Below are positions 42,152-59,587 of a stretch of DNA of 64,000 nucleotides, one piece after another. The stretch comes from the human T2T-CHM13v2.0 reference genome, Homo sapiens: the NCBI RefSeq assembly GCF_009914755.1, contig NC_060927.1; one strand, 5' to 3'. Position 1 is the stretch's first letter; each line of letters opens with the position of its first letter. A program made the position numbers and the translations under genes. The notes beneath the pieces are model-generated. The model was not told the DNA's origin. It ran no database searches and worked only from the letters and a program-made list of their open reading frames with translations.

Positions 42152-43575
42152 GTGTGGAGTGTGTGTGTGCATATAGGTGTGTGAGAGAGAGAAGGGGAGA
42201 GGAAGAAAGAGAGGCAGAGAGTGTCACAGAAAGATGGCTTTTCCACATTAGAACATTTTAATTTAAGATATTTAAGAACAATATATTTATGCCCTTATTT
42301 CTTTAGAGAGAAAATACCTTAAGTCAGGTAACACTGAGTTTGTGGGACCTTAATAAAATTGGCATACTCTTCATAATGGTACCTATCTGGAATAGTAAAA
42401 AATGAGAACCACCCTGTGTTCATCTTATGACATATGTGAAACTTCTAATCTATTATCAAATGGACTAATTATCATGTTCTCTATGTTAGACAAGTATCTA
42501 GATGATTTACACCCTTTAGTGATTATTTTGTCAACTATACAACTACAGTTACTAACTGTGATCAGGATTTTAATTAAAATATAATTGCTAAGAGTAGCAG
42601 AATTTTGATTTATTTTATTTGAATGGAAGTTTATTAACACTCATCCACAGATACACTTATGTAATTAAGTTTCTGATGATGAACCAGCACAATAGACAGC
42701 CACTACTGCTCATTCTCGCTTCATTTCCTTTTTCTATTTAAAAAAAAAAAAAAAAAAAGATTAGTGTAGTTATGTCAGCAAAACTCTCTGCTTCTGAAGA
42801 TATATTGGATTTCTCCTCATTCAACCTTAAATGAGCTTTGCTAACTCCCAGGTCCAAAAACATTTCCAGGAATCTCTTGGCACACTCTATTAGGAAACTA
42901 GAGAACATCCTATGTCTGTTTTTTTTTTTTATTATCTTCCAATAATACTCTTATCCTTAAATCAGTGTTTAATAGTAGATTAGATGGGCCAGAATTTTAA
43001 GATACTCTTGAAAACAGAATATACAGTGATACTAAATTTTTGCTGGATAATTTTTAATATGTATTAAAAGCCTTAAAATAATCATATTTTAACCCAGAAT
43101 TTCCTGTTCAATCAATGTATTCTAAGGTTGGGGTCAGGGTGGGGGGGCACACAGAGGTGATAAACATAGTAATGCCCGATGATGTGACAAAATATTAGAA
43201 ATGATATATACATCCAATTTAGTATTTGAAAATCATGCTGCCTTTATACTGATTTTCTGAATATGCTATAACAATTTGATGTAAAGGAGAATATTTAATG
43301 ACATGTAAAAATCCTCATAAATCAAAAAAGAGATCAAGAGAACATTTATAATAATTACAATACTAGTGATTTTATTATTGCCTATGAAGGTAACATTATT
43401 AATGACATGTGCTAGATAATTTTCTAAGCCTTTAAAAAATGTATTATATTAATCTTCAAAATAATCATATTGTTGAGGTAGGGACTATTATTATCTTCAG
43501 ATTATAAATGGTGTAAGACACAAAAAGAAAAAGTGACTGGCTCAAAGACAAAGAGCTAGTTAAATGAAACGATGG

Positions 43576-43912
<337 letters not shown>

Positions 43913-45311
43913 TCAACCCAGGCAGTCTCATTTCAGATCCCGTCTTGAATGTGTATGTATACTTGCCTGTGTGGGGTGGAGTGGTGGGAGCTAGAATACA
44001 TCAATAGATAGAGAGATAATTAAGAGGCTAAATTAGAATTTTTAGCTAGGATTCCATGATAAAGAAACGTGAACATTTCAAAGTTAGCTACCAAGCATCA
44101 ATATTTTAAAGGAAATAATGTAAAATAGGTTAGACTATTAAACCTATCACTCATATCTGAGATAGAAAAGGTTTGGAGATTGTGGGGAGAGGATTTTATG
44201 AAGAGGAATTTTGGAGAGATTTATGATAAGTTCAGCTGCATGCCTGGTGACTGGGGCTTCAATGGAACCACATGGAGGGCTTAATGTATGTCCCCTGCAA
44301 TGTGGGGGACGTGATAGAATGGTGTCTGATTTATCTGAGAAGCCTAAAGGTAAGAGATGGGTTTACTAAGCATTTAATAAATAAATACAAAAATAAATTA
44401 TCTGTGTTGACATTGGCCTGCATCCCATGAGTAGGCGGCAGAAAAATAAATATGCATGCGTTTCCCATGGGTCAGTCATAAGCACATGTGACAGAGAGCC
44501 AGTGTGGTCTGCCTTCACGCCTGTACTGAAATTGCCACTTGTAATGGTGACTCATCAGGCAGTGACCAGCCAGATTAAAGCGGCATTTGTCTACATCAAG
44601 TAAATTGCAGTAGGTACTGCTTCAGTTAATTCACAAATGCCCAGGAGATCCAAAGGCAGCTTTAAACATCTGTGAGCCCCAGAACGTGTGGAGCTTCCAT
44701 AGGACAAGCACAGTAACATAAGAAAAATCCTACCCACTGAACCTCTAATTTCTAAGCCTTCTCCAACAACAGATAGGTAAGAGTATAGTTAATACATTGG
44801 GAAGGAAATAACAGACCACACCCCTTTCCCCAAAAGCAGACCTGAGCTGGTGGAGGGGCAAGAAGATACGATTTTAAATCAAGAGTAGAATTTTGATCAT
44901 GATGAGACTAGGAAACCTAATTACTTATTTAAGACTCTGCTAACTCAAATCAATTATAGGACTTTTATTATTAACAATAGTCAGAGGAATAGTGGGACAG
45001 TCCAACTTTTTATGTAGGTGTTTCAGGAAAAATGAACCTCTAGGGATACTTTTAAAAGAGTAATGGGAAAGAAAGTTCTATTGCTTTTGGTACATTACAT
45101 GAATTTTCCTTGTTCAACCTACCAGTGACAAAAATGTGTGTGGTAGGGGCCAATTATATAACTGGTTAGATAGAATTATGGATAATTCCTACTTTTCCGT
45201 TATATTTTGCATTTCTAAATGTTCTATAATTGTTGTGTATTTATTTTGTATACAGAAACAAGCTTTTGAAAATTCAGGTTAAAATACAGCAATTATAATT
45301 TTTTCTAACCT

Positions 45312-45586
45312 GGCCGGTCATGGTGGCTCACACCTGTAATGCCAGCACCTTTGGATCACGTAAGCCCAGGAGTTCAAGACCAGCCTGGCCAATATGGCAA
45401 AACCCTGTCTCTACCAAAAATTCAAAAATTAGCTGGGTGTGGTGGTGCGCACCTATAATGCCAGCTACTTGGGAGACTGAGGCACGAGCATCGCTTGAAC
45501 CCGGGAGGTGGAGGTTGTAGTGAGCCAGGATTTCACCACTGCACTCCAGCCTGGGTGACAGAATGAAACTCCATTAAAAAAAAAAA
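45312..45586 (+). mobile_element. Alu (Jb/Sz-like) with a short deletion in the left arm
   Basis: ccagcacctttggatcac lacks the gggaggccgaggcgggc segment. Confidence 0.9.
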
Positions 45587-48117
45587 TTCTAACTGTGCTC
45601 AGAGGTCAAATACTGAAAATCTTCACCAGTATATGATGGATTAAAACAAAGCAAGTTTCTTTGTATTTGCTACAGATAATATTTACATTATAAAACCCTT
45701 TGACTATATTTACAAAGTAGTGAGTTAGTGGTTTATCTGGAATAGGGCACAGCTATAAAGATCCTGATATCATTTTCCCTGATCATTTTCCTTCTAGGCC
45801 TATTAAATAAATTTAAAAAAAATTTCTGTGTAGAATGCCCCTTGAGACAGAGCCTTGCCACAAACTTGGCATTGTCTTCTAGAAAGAGGAGATAGGAGGT
45901 CCTCTCTGCAACCCTGTAATTTCCATTCTAGTCATCTCTTCTGTTTTCTGTGGATTGTCCCAGAGATTTGGGGGAACTCATTGCTGCTGTATCTTTCAAT
46001 ATACATTCCATTGGTAAGAAAAAGGAAGCATGTATTAAACATAGTTATGCAGCATGATTACGGCCCAATTTGCTTCAACTGTCCATCAAATATATTCTGG
46101 AGCTAAAATTCAGAAATGAGGTAAAATGTAATTCAGCTGGGTTGAAAAAGGCAGAAAACCAACAGACTTCTTTATGAATCAACAGTTAGTCATGATTCTA
46201 AATGAACATTTTGTCTGGGAACATGCAGCTGAATGAGTAAAGAGAAGTTCATTTTATTTTGGCTGTGCAGTAGTTACTAAATCAGCGTTTAAAAATGAAT
46301 TTGGGAGGGAATCTCTACATCCGAGCTAGGGAGGGCAAAGGGGAAGCATAATTATGATATTAAATTATTAGATTATCTCTTGAAATGAGGAGAAAAATAA
46401 TCTGCAGTCATGAAGGAGGAGATCTCATTGGTTTGATCATAAATACTAAGAATGTATGTAATTTAATCTCTAGGAAGAGATTGATGAGAAAATCCCAACA
46501 TTGCAGGGTAGGAACTATGAACTGCAAATGGCTTTCTGATATGTGCTGTGAAATCCACATCTTGCTGCAGAAAAAGCATCGACCAAGTTCCCCAGTTATA
46601 GTTGTGCTAGTTTCCTCAAGCTGAAGACTTAGAGGAAAGGCTTTAGGTTCATTTTAGCTACGTATTTATAACAGTTTATTTTTTGGGAGAGTGCTTTAAA
46701 TATTTAAACTTTTAGACAAACATTAATTCGTCACAATGTACTCACATTTCTCTCAGTGACAACCTGACACATAGTAAAACAGATACCGAGACCCTCACAA
46801 AATCCCAAACTGCAGAATAGCACTCTAGTATGGAAATTAATTTTATAAAATTCAATGAAAGCATTTGACTTTCTACTTAGGGTCATTTCTACCAGAAGCA
46901 ATAATAACAAAAAGTTACTGTGTACTACAAGACAACTAGAAATCAAGGAAATCCCTCTGAAACATGGAGGTTGGGCTGTTGTCTAAATCCACAGTACATA
47001 TCAACCCCCTTTCCTGTAGAAGCCAATTTTGTGTGCAGTGAAATTACAGATGAATATATATCTTGATTAATTATCCATTTGTGCATAATTAAATTACACA
47101 AAAAATCCAAAAACTCTATTGCTTTTTTTTATAAATGCAGTAATATACATCACTACCTAGTACTTTCTGTAATATACTAAGATATTAGTCAATATTAGCT
47201 AGTTTTTTCATTATTCTTATATACTTTTTTATCCTTATAATGACAATTTTAAAGGGCCAGACATCCAAATGATTTTGTAGTTTCCTACAAATGAAACATT
47301 TTTGTGTATTCATCAGATAAGATTTATATTTTAATATAAATAGAAACTAGTATAAGCAAATGGCTTTTAGATATGTGACTTGACATCTACATATTGTTGT
47401 CCCTTATTGGGCCAGTGTATAACTTCAGCACTGCTTAAGTCCATAAAGCATGCTTAGACAGACAAGCCTTTGGAAAGAGCCTGGAGGAAAATGAGAGATA
47501 GGAAATGAGAATTGGTATTTGTTTGTACTTTCAAGTAAATTGCTTCTTGCAAATTACGGAGGAGTAGCATTATTTAAAGAAAAGCAGACTTGACACTCTG
47601 AATTTCAAACACAACTGAATCCAGAAAATAATTACATTTAAAATATTGAGTTAGAGGTTTAGTGAGAAAATATTTATATATATTGGTGATTTACAATCAA
47701 TAGTTAATGAATGGACAATGGGAAGATCAATAAGAAATCCTCTAGTTTTGGCAGCTAAAGTTAATGCTGAGAAATATTACATTTTGATAACTTATTTTAC
47801 ATGAAGCATTTGCATACCTGTGATATTTGCTGAACTAAAAGTTTCATTTATTCTAGTTTCCTTTTTGTTTCCCTTAAGAACATTTGTTCAATCCAAATGA
47901 TAAATGCAGTCAAAAGAATATTGTTTTATTTATTCTAATTATTAGAAACCAACATTTGCTCTACTTTTCTTGCGGTAGAAGTTGGTGGAACTCTATTTTT
48001 TGTTTCCCAAAAATAAAATCTGTAGATGCATTTAATTAGTTAGCCTTAAAGATATAGGGTGCCTAATGCAATGGGCACAAAAAAGGAAATCAATATTTAA
48101 CAGATAAAATATTCATG

Positions 48118-48119
48118 TT

Positions 48120-48162
<43 letters not shown>
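48118..48162. repeat. (TG)n microsatellite
   Basis: Read directly. Confidence 0.95.
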
Positions 48163-48166
<4 letters not shown>

Positions 48167-49669
48167 AGCTGTATGTATGAGCACTGATATGGCCTAATGT
48201 AATGAGGCAGTGGGGCCAAAAAGATAGGAAAGAAGAGAAAGACACCTTTCCTATTGAAGCTTTTGATACATCATAATTTTCCCTGGTATGAATGAACTGA
48301 AGAAATCTCTTTAAGTGACATTCTATGAATATTTTACATGAAAACAAATCTTTAATTCAGTGTCACAAATGATGTTTTTACATATGATCTGTATAGGAAG
48401 GCAAACTTGCCTCTTTTTTTATTAAGACAACTTTTGAAGACATTTTATGAACAAAAATGAAAAGCAAACACTATCTTGGTACTTTAAAATAACATGCTTG
48501 TTCACTGAATAATTTAATAAGGCACTTCTTACCTAATTCTCAGAAGTAATTGCAAAAAAAAAAAAAACAAAAAACAATGTCTCCATCTTTTATGATTCTA
48601 AGACTCCAGAGCTGCTCCATTTGTCATGGACAACATGGTCAGCACTAGAATACAAAATTGGAAAGTAATAGTTTAATGTTTTGAAAGCTAAATCTGCTGC
48701 TGTTTTCAAATCAGACTACTTTCTGTTTTCCAATGATGGAAGTAAATTATTTTTAAATGATTTAAACCAAATATTACTATATCTACAAAGGGTATTTTTT
48801 GTTGAGATACAACTTCAAACATGGGTTATAATATAAAGACTTAAGACTGTGTCATTATTCTGCAATTTAGCAATCAAACTTTAAAAAAGTAAATTTAGAG
48901 CAAGAATAACTGAAAGTTTCAACTTCTATTCCTGTTTTTAAAGTATTTTCCATGGCTTAAAACCAAATAAAAGTGTGTCTACGAATCTTCAAAGTCTGTC
49001 AAGAATTGAATGCATAATTTAGAAGTCATGCATGTGTTTTGCCTACATGAAAATATAATTTAATTGTACTTTTGAACCATTTGAAAATTACGACATCATA
49101 GCAAATGGCATCATGTATCAGAAGGTTGATTTTCGCATATTTCTTATTGTAATATAGTTAGCATTCATAATCCCCATGTATGTATACAAAGTTAACAATA
49201 TTAAATAAAGGTGCTGAGCATCTTGTTTTTCCTAATTAAATGTTATAAATTAAACAAAGTAAAATAGCAAGGAAGAGAGAGAGAAAACAGTGATGGAGAG
49301 ATGAAGAAAAGAAGGGAGGAAGGGAAAGAAACAGCAGCTAATCCCTTCTATACAGTTCGCCCCCTAAAAGTACCCATGTTTCAGAAATATTTATATATAT
49401 ATTATATAGTACTCTAAAATTTAAAACAGTAAGCTCTAGCTATATTTTGGTCTAAACTGTTGGGCAATTACTTGGGCTTATCAATATAGATATCTGCTGT
49501 GGTGCTTTGTGGTAATACTGACCTCTTCTTTCACATTTCAGCTTTTCCCTCTTCCTCTGTATCTCGTTTAAAATGTCCATTTTTCCTCCTGTTGATAAGC
49601 TTCACAGCCCTTCCAATCTTCTGTACTGCTATCTGCTCAACTTGTAACTCATTTTAAATAGTGAAACAC

Positions 49670-49910
49670 AGCATTGCAGGATGCAAGAATGGGAGAAACA
49701 AGCTCAATTTCAAGCTCTTCTACTTCATAGTTATGTGATCATAGAATTATTACTGAACCCCACTAAAGTCACACAAGTTTTTTCTTATTTTTTATTTTTT
49801 GGTTTTCAAAATCTCTACATTGATGACAAAAATACTCTCAATTCATAAGGTTGTGTGAAGATTAAATCTGAAAATGCATGCATGATAAATTCTTAATAAA
49901 TATTAACTTT
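49670..49910 (+). mobile_element. MIR
   Basis: ctcttctacttcatagttatgtgatc...ttcataaggttgtgtgaagattaaat. Confidence 0.6.
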
Positions 49911-52859
49911 TATATATGAAGCCCTTAATATCTGTATGAGGTTCTAAAGAGAAAGGGCATGAATTTAATGATGGAGAAGTGTGACAGCTCACTCAAACAT
50001 GCAAACCTAAACTGAAGATAATAATATACTTAATAAATCCATTACAGACAAAGTATTAGTCTCTCAAGACTGCACCTTTGTGTTATTCAGCACTAAGGAT
50101 TGTGTTGGTGCTTTGTAGCGTAATTTGATCTTTGAGTTAAACAGAAAAAAAACTGAAGTCTTCAAATTGTTTTTGTGGAATAAAACAGATATAAATAAAT
50201 GAATAAATTAATGTTAAAAATAAATATAACTTGACTTTAAATTATGGAGAAATATAAATAATGTCATAAGATGGTACATGCTTTAGATTTTTACATCCTT
50301 CAGTGTTTATTTTTATGCATATACTTTTTATTAAGGTGATGAAATTATATAATATTAGAAAAACAATATTTTTAAAAATTAGAAGTATATTACATTTATA
50401 GAATAGTTTTATTCTAATACACATTTTAATTTATTTTCCAAAGTTGAGATATCAAGTATGGTTCCCAAAAACCATATCACAAAATTGTGAATATCGTGTA
50501 ATAGCCTACATCATAAAGTTGTGAAAAATAATTGAAATAATATAATACATGTAAGTACTCAACACAATGCCTGGCACATACTAAACATTCATCGAAAGTC
50601 AGCTGACATTTAATTTAATCATATGGAAAGATTTTATCAAGAACTATATTTTCTCCTTGGATTATATTTTCCTAGTGGTTACTATTCTATGGACTCAAAA
50701 TGTAAGTTTTGTCATTTGCTAAATGGTAGAACCCCTGCTCTGTTTGTTTTAAGTTGAAACTCAGGACTTCAAGGCTTAGATTTATTTCCGGAATGGTTAT
50801 GACATTGAAATTCTAGTTCATTGTTTTCTTATGTATTTCAGTTTACAATATCCTAAAACTGACTTTGTGATTTAGCATAGTTACTTTCATTTCTGCATTG
50901 ATATTTCATAGGTAAGATGGTGCTTAAGAAACAAACAAATAAATAAACCCTTAATTCTATACCAATAGAGTTTTAAAAGAATTAACTTGAGGTCTAATTA
51001 TTAGTCACTATATATATGGCTCTAAGTTCTCGCTCATTTTCTCTTTTTGTCTGACTGTCTCTTGATAAATATTGCTTAATTATTATTACTATCTTGCTTA
51101 AGAACACATTGCTAAGGAGCATTAGGCAGCAGTTTGAATTTTACTATCTGTTACTATAAAATATGTGGAGGCAGAATTAAATTACTTTTGGAAGGAAACA
51201 TTATTGGAAATTTAATATCTGTTTGGGAAAAAAATACTTCTCCCTAAAACTTTTGTAATTAAAATTATAACTGCCCAACGTATATGGTTTTGAAATCAAT
51301 CAATGTCTTATTTTTATAACAAATTAGCCTGTAATAAGCTATAAAAACTTAAATCTATACAAACAGAAAATATTTTCAATTGAACTTTGAAAACAATATG
51401 CACTCAATAAAATATTATTTTAATAAGTAACTGCTAATATATGTTAATTTATTATCCTCATGAATATTCATTAAATTGCTTTTTAACTGAAAATATATAT
51501 TTGCTGTATTTATGCAAACACTATTGGGTTTATAGATCATATATATTATAGTTAAGAATAAAGCTTTTGTAGTTTTAATATCGAGCAGTTAAAAAAAGCC
51601 TTTATATTGCAGGTAAAAAAGGTACTTCTTATTTACTAGATTTGCATTTCAAAATTTCATTAAGTCTATGTAATTTTATTTTGTATATTTTCTCTCATAT
51701 TGCATTTTAGAATACACCCGGTAATCTCATTTATTTTAAATATCTTATGAATTTTCCTAAATTAATATATTCATAGTTACTTGAATATTATAACCATCTA
51801 ACATCTTAATTATTTAAATATTTTAATCATCTAATATTTAAATTTAAACATACAACACAAAATTTTAATCAATATTGGAATAATTTTACATTTTAAATCA
51901 ATTTTTTATTAAAAAATTAGGAAAGGTCAGATTATATAATCTAGAAATATACATAGTACAATAGAAGACTTAAATTTTGCCTAATATTCATAATTAAGGA
52001 AGAACCACCAGAAAATCCTTTAGATAAAGTTATATTTATTCTTCAAGATTTAGTTCTAATTTCCCTTTTGTTTCAATCTAAATCTCATTACTTTGTTAGC
52101 TTGTTAAAATGACTATTCCCTACCATTCAGTGAAGAGCTAGTGTGCTTGGGCTTCATAAGTAGATAAAATACTCCTATTAAACTCCTTTTATAATTCTTA
52201 TACAAAGATAATTTTCAGGAAGTTGTAGGGTAAATTTCGTCATATATAAACATGAGTCATAGAATGAAATTCAGAAATAACTCTTATAGTTCCAACAAGC
52301 CATGCTTGCCTAACATTTTTCCAATACCCACATTAATGATTGTCTTAATATAACTTCTTTGTTTATAATAATAATAGCATATCAATAATTAAATAATAGT
52401 ACAACCTGGTGAAGGTATTATGGATATTAAAACACCTGTGATATAATCCAATATTGTATTCCTGTTCTGTTAAAAAGGACAATTTTGATACTTTGCTTTG
52501 TCTTACATTTTGGCTATTATCAAACCTTATGATTGGTTTTATAAATTTTAAAAGTTCAAAGCTTTCTTAGCTTTAGAGTAAAACTAGTAAAAAAAAAAAA
52601 GTGTGCTAATTGATCAATTAAAATTCAATTGGCCCTTCTTCCAATTATACTATTAATATAACAGGCAGGCAAGCATTGTTGTAGCTATTTCAAATCTTTC
52701 CTTACTGAGAAGTTTTCTGTGACTTCTACAGAAGGTTATAGGCAAAACATATATAAAAGTATTTTCCTTGTGGTTTTAAGAAAATCTTATTATGAATCAC
52801 TAAATACGTAGGATTTTTCCTTTGTTTTGAGTGGCTTTATAAATTGTGTGCTCTAATTG

Positions 52860-53113
52860 ATTATAAAACATGTAGCTCCAATCCAGTTTAAAAATAAGGA
52901 ACACACCCTAATAAGGCAAATGCTTAGTTGTACCCAATTAAGTAATTTATTTTTTTTACCTCTGCATTCAGCTTTATAAAAACCCTCTGTTCACATTGCT
53001 AACTCAGAGCTCCCCAAACCTTCTTCAGTTTTGAGTAATGCCTGACTCATAGATCCTTTTATGCTCAAATAAACTCTGTTAAATTTATTTTGTCTAAAGT
53101 TTTTCTTTTTAAA
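52860..53113 (+). mobile_element. ERV1 LTR 3' half (MER34/LTR48-like)
   Basis: ctttataaaaaccctctg...tgctcaaataaactctgttaaatttattttgtctaaagtttttcttttta resembles the R/U5 end of this LTR group. Confidence 0.6.
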
Positions 53114-53339
53114 AAGACAGTTTATATCAGGATAATACTAATTTAGTATGCTTCACATTGGAAAATGGGTGAGAATATAATATCTGGGGTGATGGGAGTG
53201 GGGGCAAAAAGAGGTACCTAGAGACATTCTTTACAGTTCTGACATGAGTGGTCTTCATGTGTACATTTGCATCACGTGTACATGAGAGGTCTCCCTGTCC
53301 ACATTTGTTTATACTTAAAATGAATTTCCAACCTCACAT

Positions 53340-53540
53340 CCCATGAGTAGAGAATCTGAACAATTATATGGGATTTGAGTCCCAGCTCTACTATTTAATT
53401 GCTGTAAGTCAGTGGTCAAACTTTTTAAACATTCTAAGACTTCATTTTGTCCTTGTAAAACCAGTGTAATGATAGTGTTGTCTTCATATCACCTAGCCTT
53501 TAGTAAATGCTCAATAAACATTTATTATATTGTTATTGTT
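53340..53540 (+). mobile_element. MIR
   Basis: gggatttgagtcccagctctacta...tagtaaatgctcaataaacattt. Confidence 0.65.
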
Positions 53541-53610
53541 TTGTAACCATGGTAAGGAACAGTTCCTACTTTCACTGAAGGTGTTTTAAAACATAGTTAC
53601 TTGAATAATA

Positions 53611-55122
<1,512 letters not shown>

Positions 55123-56942
55123 TGTCTGTATGACGCTAGTTTACTTTCAGATACACACTCTCAGGTAAACACTCCTTATCTTCCTAAAAATTCCTGTATA
55201 AGTAGGATGGTCACTGCTGTATGGTAAGTAACTGCTTCTCAGGGAGTTTGAATGTCTTATCCAATGTTGTACATTTATTTTTCAGAGAGCTAGTGCTGTT
55301 ATTCCAAACCTAGGGCTCTTTATGATCCTCGCAGTTTGTTTATTTATTTGTGTTTATGAATAAATATTTAAGATAGCTTCTCTCAGTATTAGCACCATTG
55401 TGCCTTCAATCATGGTTCTTTACTACCAAACAAATATGTTTTCAGATTACTTTCACATGGTTCAGAATGAGAGAGATACACAGAGAAAGATAAAGGAAAT
55501 GTAAGAAAATTAATAACTGGTGAAGTCAGGTAATAAATATGTGAGAATTTATCATACTATATTTTTCATTTCTATTAAAATCCTTAAAATAAAAATTTTC
55601 AAAATAAATAAATGTGGGGGGAAAAGCAGCCAGGATTCCCAACAACTGCCTGAAAATGCCTCTAACCATTTTAGCATTAATTTAGCTTATTTGCTTCCCC
55701 CATGGGAGCTGATTGAGTGGTTACAATACATGCTTTCAATTTGGACAAGATTTCTCATTTATGTGGAGAGTGTTTCAGTCCACTTCTGCCCTTAGTCAAT
55801 CAAGCATACTAATCAGAGGATTCAGACTCACCAATTTAGCTGTCCAAAGCCCAACTTGACTTAAGGGGTGAAAAATATCACTTGATATTCTCCCTGCAGA
55901 GTATGGTAAAAATCAACTAGTAGGTTGGATATGGTCATTACGGTTAAATCACTCTTCATCCAAACTGACTGATTTTTTATATTTTTATCAGATTACTGAC
56001 AGCCAGGGAGACATAGCCTCAGGCACCTAAACAAAAGAATGCTGAATGTGAATTGCTGTTGAATTTGTTCCCAACCAGAGTGCTGGTGAAACCACAGGGC
56101 AATTGTATATCGGAGCTCATTTATTATGAGCAAAGAGTTCTCATTAACTTCTCCGGGAAAATGTTGCCATTAAATCTTATCTTGAATGAGAAGAATTTGT
56201 AACTTGAAAATGTTTATGAATATTTCATAAGAATCGTCTTAGGGTGCGTGCTTGTGTGTGATAGCCTGGCAAAGGTTGACAGATATGTGGAATACTGTAA
56301 TGACTTGATGGATGCATATGGAATGTTTAATGGAAAAAGTGAAAAGTGCCTGCTGGGCCTCTGTAAACCTCTTCCAGTATAGTACTGATTTTACTGTGCT
56401 GTCAACAAAATCCTCACAAAAAGAAATAGTTTGTGAGTAAATGAATTGAAAATGACAGGATTATTTTATTGCACTAAATAGGCCTATAAGAAATATGTTT
56501 GGGATTAAGGGTTAGTTTTTCATTCTGTATTTATTTTTATTAAAACACATTTTAAAAATTCATATATGTATAAAGGAGTTCTTAATGAATAGGCATGCAC
56601 ATTTACTTACTGCTTTGATGTCTCAAAATCCCTGAGGAATTTCACCAAGTTTCACAGTAACAGGGGGATATGAGTAGTTTGGCAATAGAGCAGCAAAGTC
56701 TATGAGAATCATAAGGATATCAAAGAAGAAAACAAAAGTTACTGATTTAATCTTAGAGAAAGAAAAAGATATACAAAAGTGGAAAAATAATTTTTTCCCA
56801 AGCATTGTTTATTGGTAGATTATCAAGTTTGGTTTGGTTTGCTCTATTTTAAAATGATAGAATAAATTTAGAAATAGATTTAAAAAAAATTGATGGATTA
56901 GGAAAACGTGAATTATTTAATTGAGAGTTTTTAAATCTGTTA

Positions 56943-57373
<431 letters not shown>

Positions 57374-59261
57374 GCCGCCACTTAAATTGTGCAAAGTATA
57401 TTAAGATTACCCATAAATAATCTTATAAAATAAGACTGATTAAATACTGGAAAAACTTCCAAAGATGGCTGTCCCTGTCTGTTTTTAGAAATTCTAGAAT
57501 ATCTAATGAATTATATAATATTTCCTGATTCCTTTTAAAATTAATTAGGTATATTTAGTATATGTTGCATACTAGCCATCCACCCTTCTCTTTAGATCAC
57601 GTTAGCCCCTGGTAAGAAGAAAACTTCCAAACAAAAAGTAAGAAGCCCAGAACGTTACCACATATTAGTGATGGTTTTGTGACCTAAGAGACTAAGGAGT
57701 TTGTCATTTTTAGACATCGATGGACTAATTCAATTCATTCCAGTAAGAGAGAAGATGTTAGACATTTTCATTTAACTTATGGCAAATTCTATACTTTTTA
57801 AAAAATCTGCTCCAGAAATGCATCTGTCTAACAAGCATCTTTATTTAAAAGAAACAAAGAAAATTTTGTTGGTATTTTGTTAAGAAAATGAGTTTATCAT
57901 ATTAAACTCCCAAGAAAATTATGTGAAGTGAGTATTATTCTTTATTTTAAAAATGAGGACTGTGTAGGTCTCAAGGAATCTTTGTGACAGAGTTAAGATT
58001 AATTGGTTTAGTGGAACTGATTACCATAGACCCTGATTTCTGTTAATAGCCATGTTTATCATCTTAATGTGAAATTTGCTTTAAGCAATTTATTCAATCA
58101 CACAAATGTATGATGCATTGAACCGGCTACATTTGACATCAGATAAATATTGAGGTTTGAGAGGCTCACTTATGCTATAATATGTCACCCCAGGTACAGC
58201 CCTCTCTATCCCACAAAATAGTTTAAATTATTATTTTTTAATGTAGACAATAAATTTGAAAAGATTTGAAAATCATATAATATACTTCCCATTTCTCATA
58301 TCAAATGAGATAATTCTGGGTCTACAAAAACCTGAAGCTGTAGGTTATTTAATCTGTTATCTTGGGTTATTTATCTGACTTAAGGTAAGGAACCTGATAT
58401 TTTACTTTTAAGTATAACCTTTTCTAATAGAAGGGAAAATCAAAGATTAAAATAGTTGTAGCAAAAATAAATATAATTATGGCAATATAGCAATAACATA
58501 TTAATGGCAATAATAACATGCAGATAAACTACAAATCAAGATAAAAGGAACAAAATCCGATTTATATTTAATCTTGAGTATTTTTCATTGATGTACTAAA
58601 TATTTAGTCCATTTAAAATCAAGTTTATGTAATTTTAGAGTCCTATTTAATTATTTTAATATATGTTTCATTTCTAATTGCAAAACATTAGGTTTCATGG
58701 AAGCAACATTATTTATAATTTGCCTCTAGGTTTATGAATATATATGAACATGAATGCTTATTGTAGGTTGCAATATAAGTGTTTCATAGAATGCTGCAGT
58801 TGTTTGTGTATTTATGTTCTCTTACAATTTATCTCCACACATATGCCTACAGACATGACAAATTGACCTTCCTTATTCACCAGATATTAATTTGGTAGCA
58901 TATTTGCAAGTAACCAAGGCAATTTATCTTTCTACAAGTATTTCATTTTAAAGTGTTCTATTATAATGAAAATATCTTATTCTGAACCAATACCAAGGAT
59001 TTTTCAATTGCTACTCTAGGTTACCTTCCATGTTAGTATCTTCCATTCTTCATTCATTTAGTAAAGATTACCAACAGAGTTTATGTATTATACGTTCTTA
59101 AATTTAATACTAGAAATTAAATACTTAAATACTTTAATTCTTCGATTTTAAGATAATAAAAAGGTAAAACTTGCAAAAATCAAATTGTTGTTTAAGGAAA
59201 TAGAAAAAAAATGACAATTTATTCTCTTTTAACCCTAACGTAAGAGTATTTCATAAAGAAT

Positions 59262-59303
59262 ATGTGTGTGCATGTGTGTGTGTGTGCGTGTGTGTGTGTG
59301 TGT
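59262..59303. repeat. (TG)n microsatellite
   Basis: Read directly. Confidence 0.9.
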
Positions 59304-59587
59304 TAAATTATATTTTAACCACATTTTGTTTTAGATATACATCTATTATGGATAAATAGGTGGTTTTTATTATTTTCTCCTTTTTGCATTTTGGTTTATT
59401 CAAAGTAACTTACAAAAGAACATGCATTGCTGTTACAGTTTTTAAATTTTTTAACAAATTAAAATCGTTAAGTTTCTTAAATAAGAGACATTTCTTTGTT
59501 TTTTTTCAATGTTTTAAGTAAACTGTTTTTTGATTAATGCAGTTAAGTAGAAATGTTTCACAAAATATGAATAATAGCATATAATTT

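Noticed and set aside
44040-45120. Slightly GC-richer stretch with an AP-1 motif (tgactca near 44548)
   Set aside because: Probably an old unrecognised repeat; single short motifs are not evidence of an enhancer.
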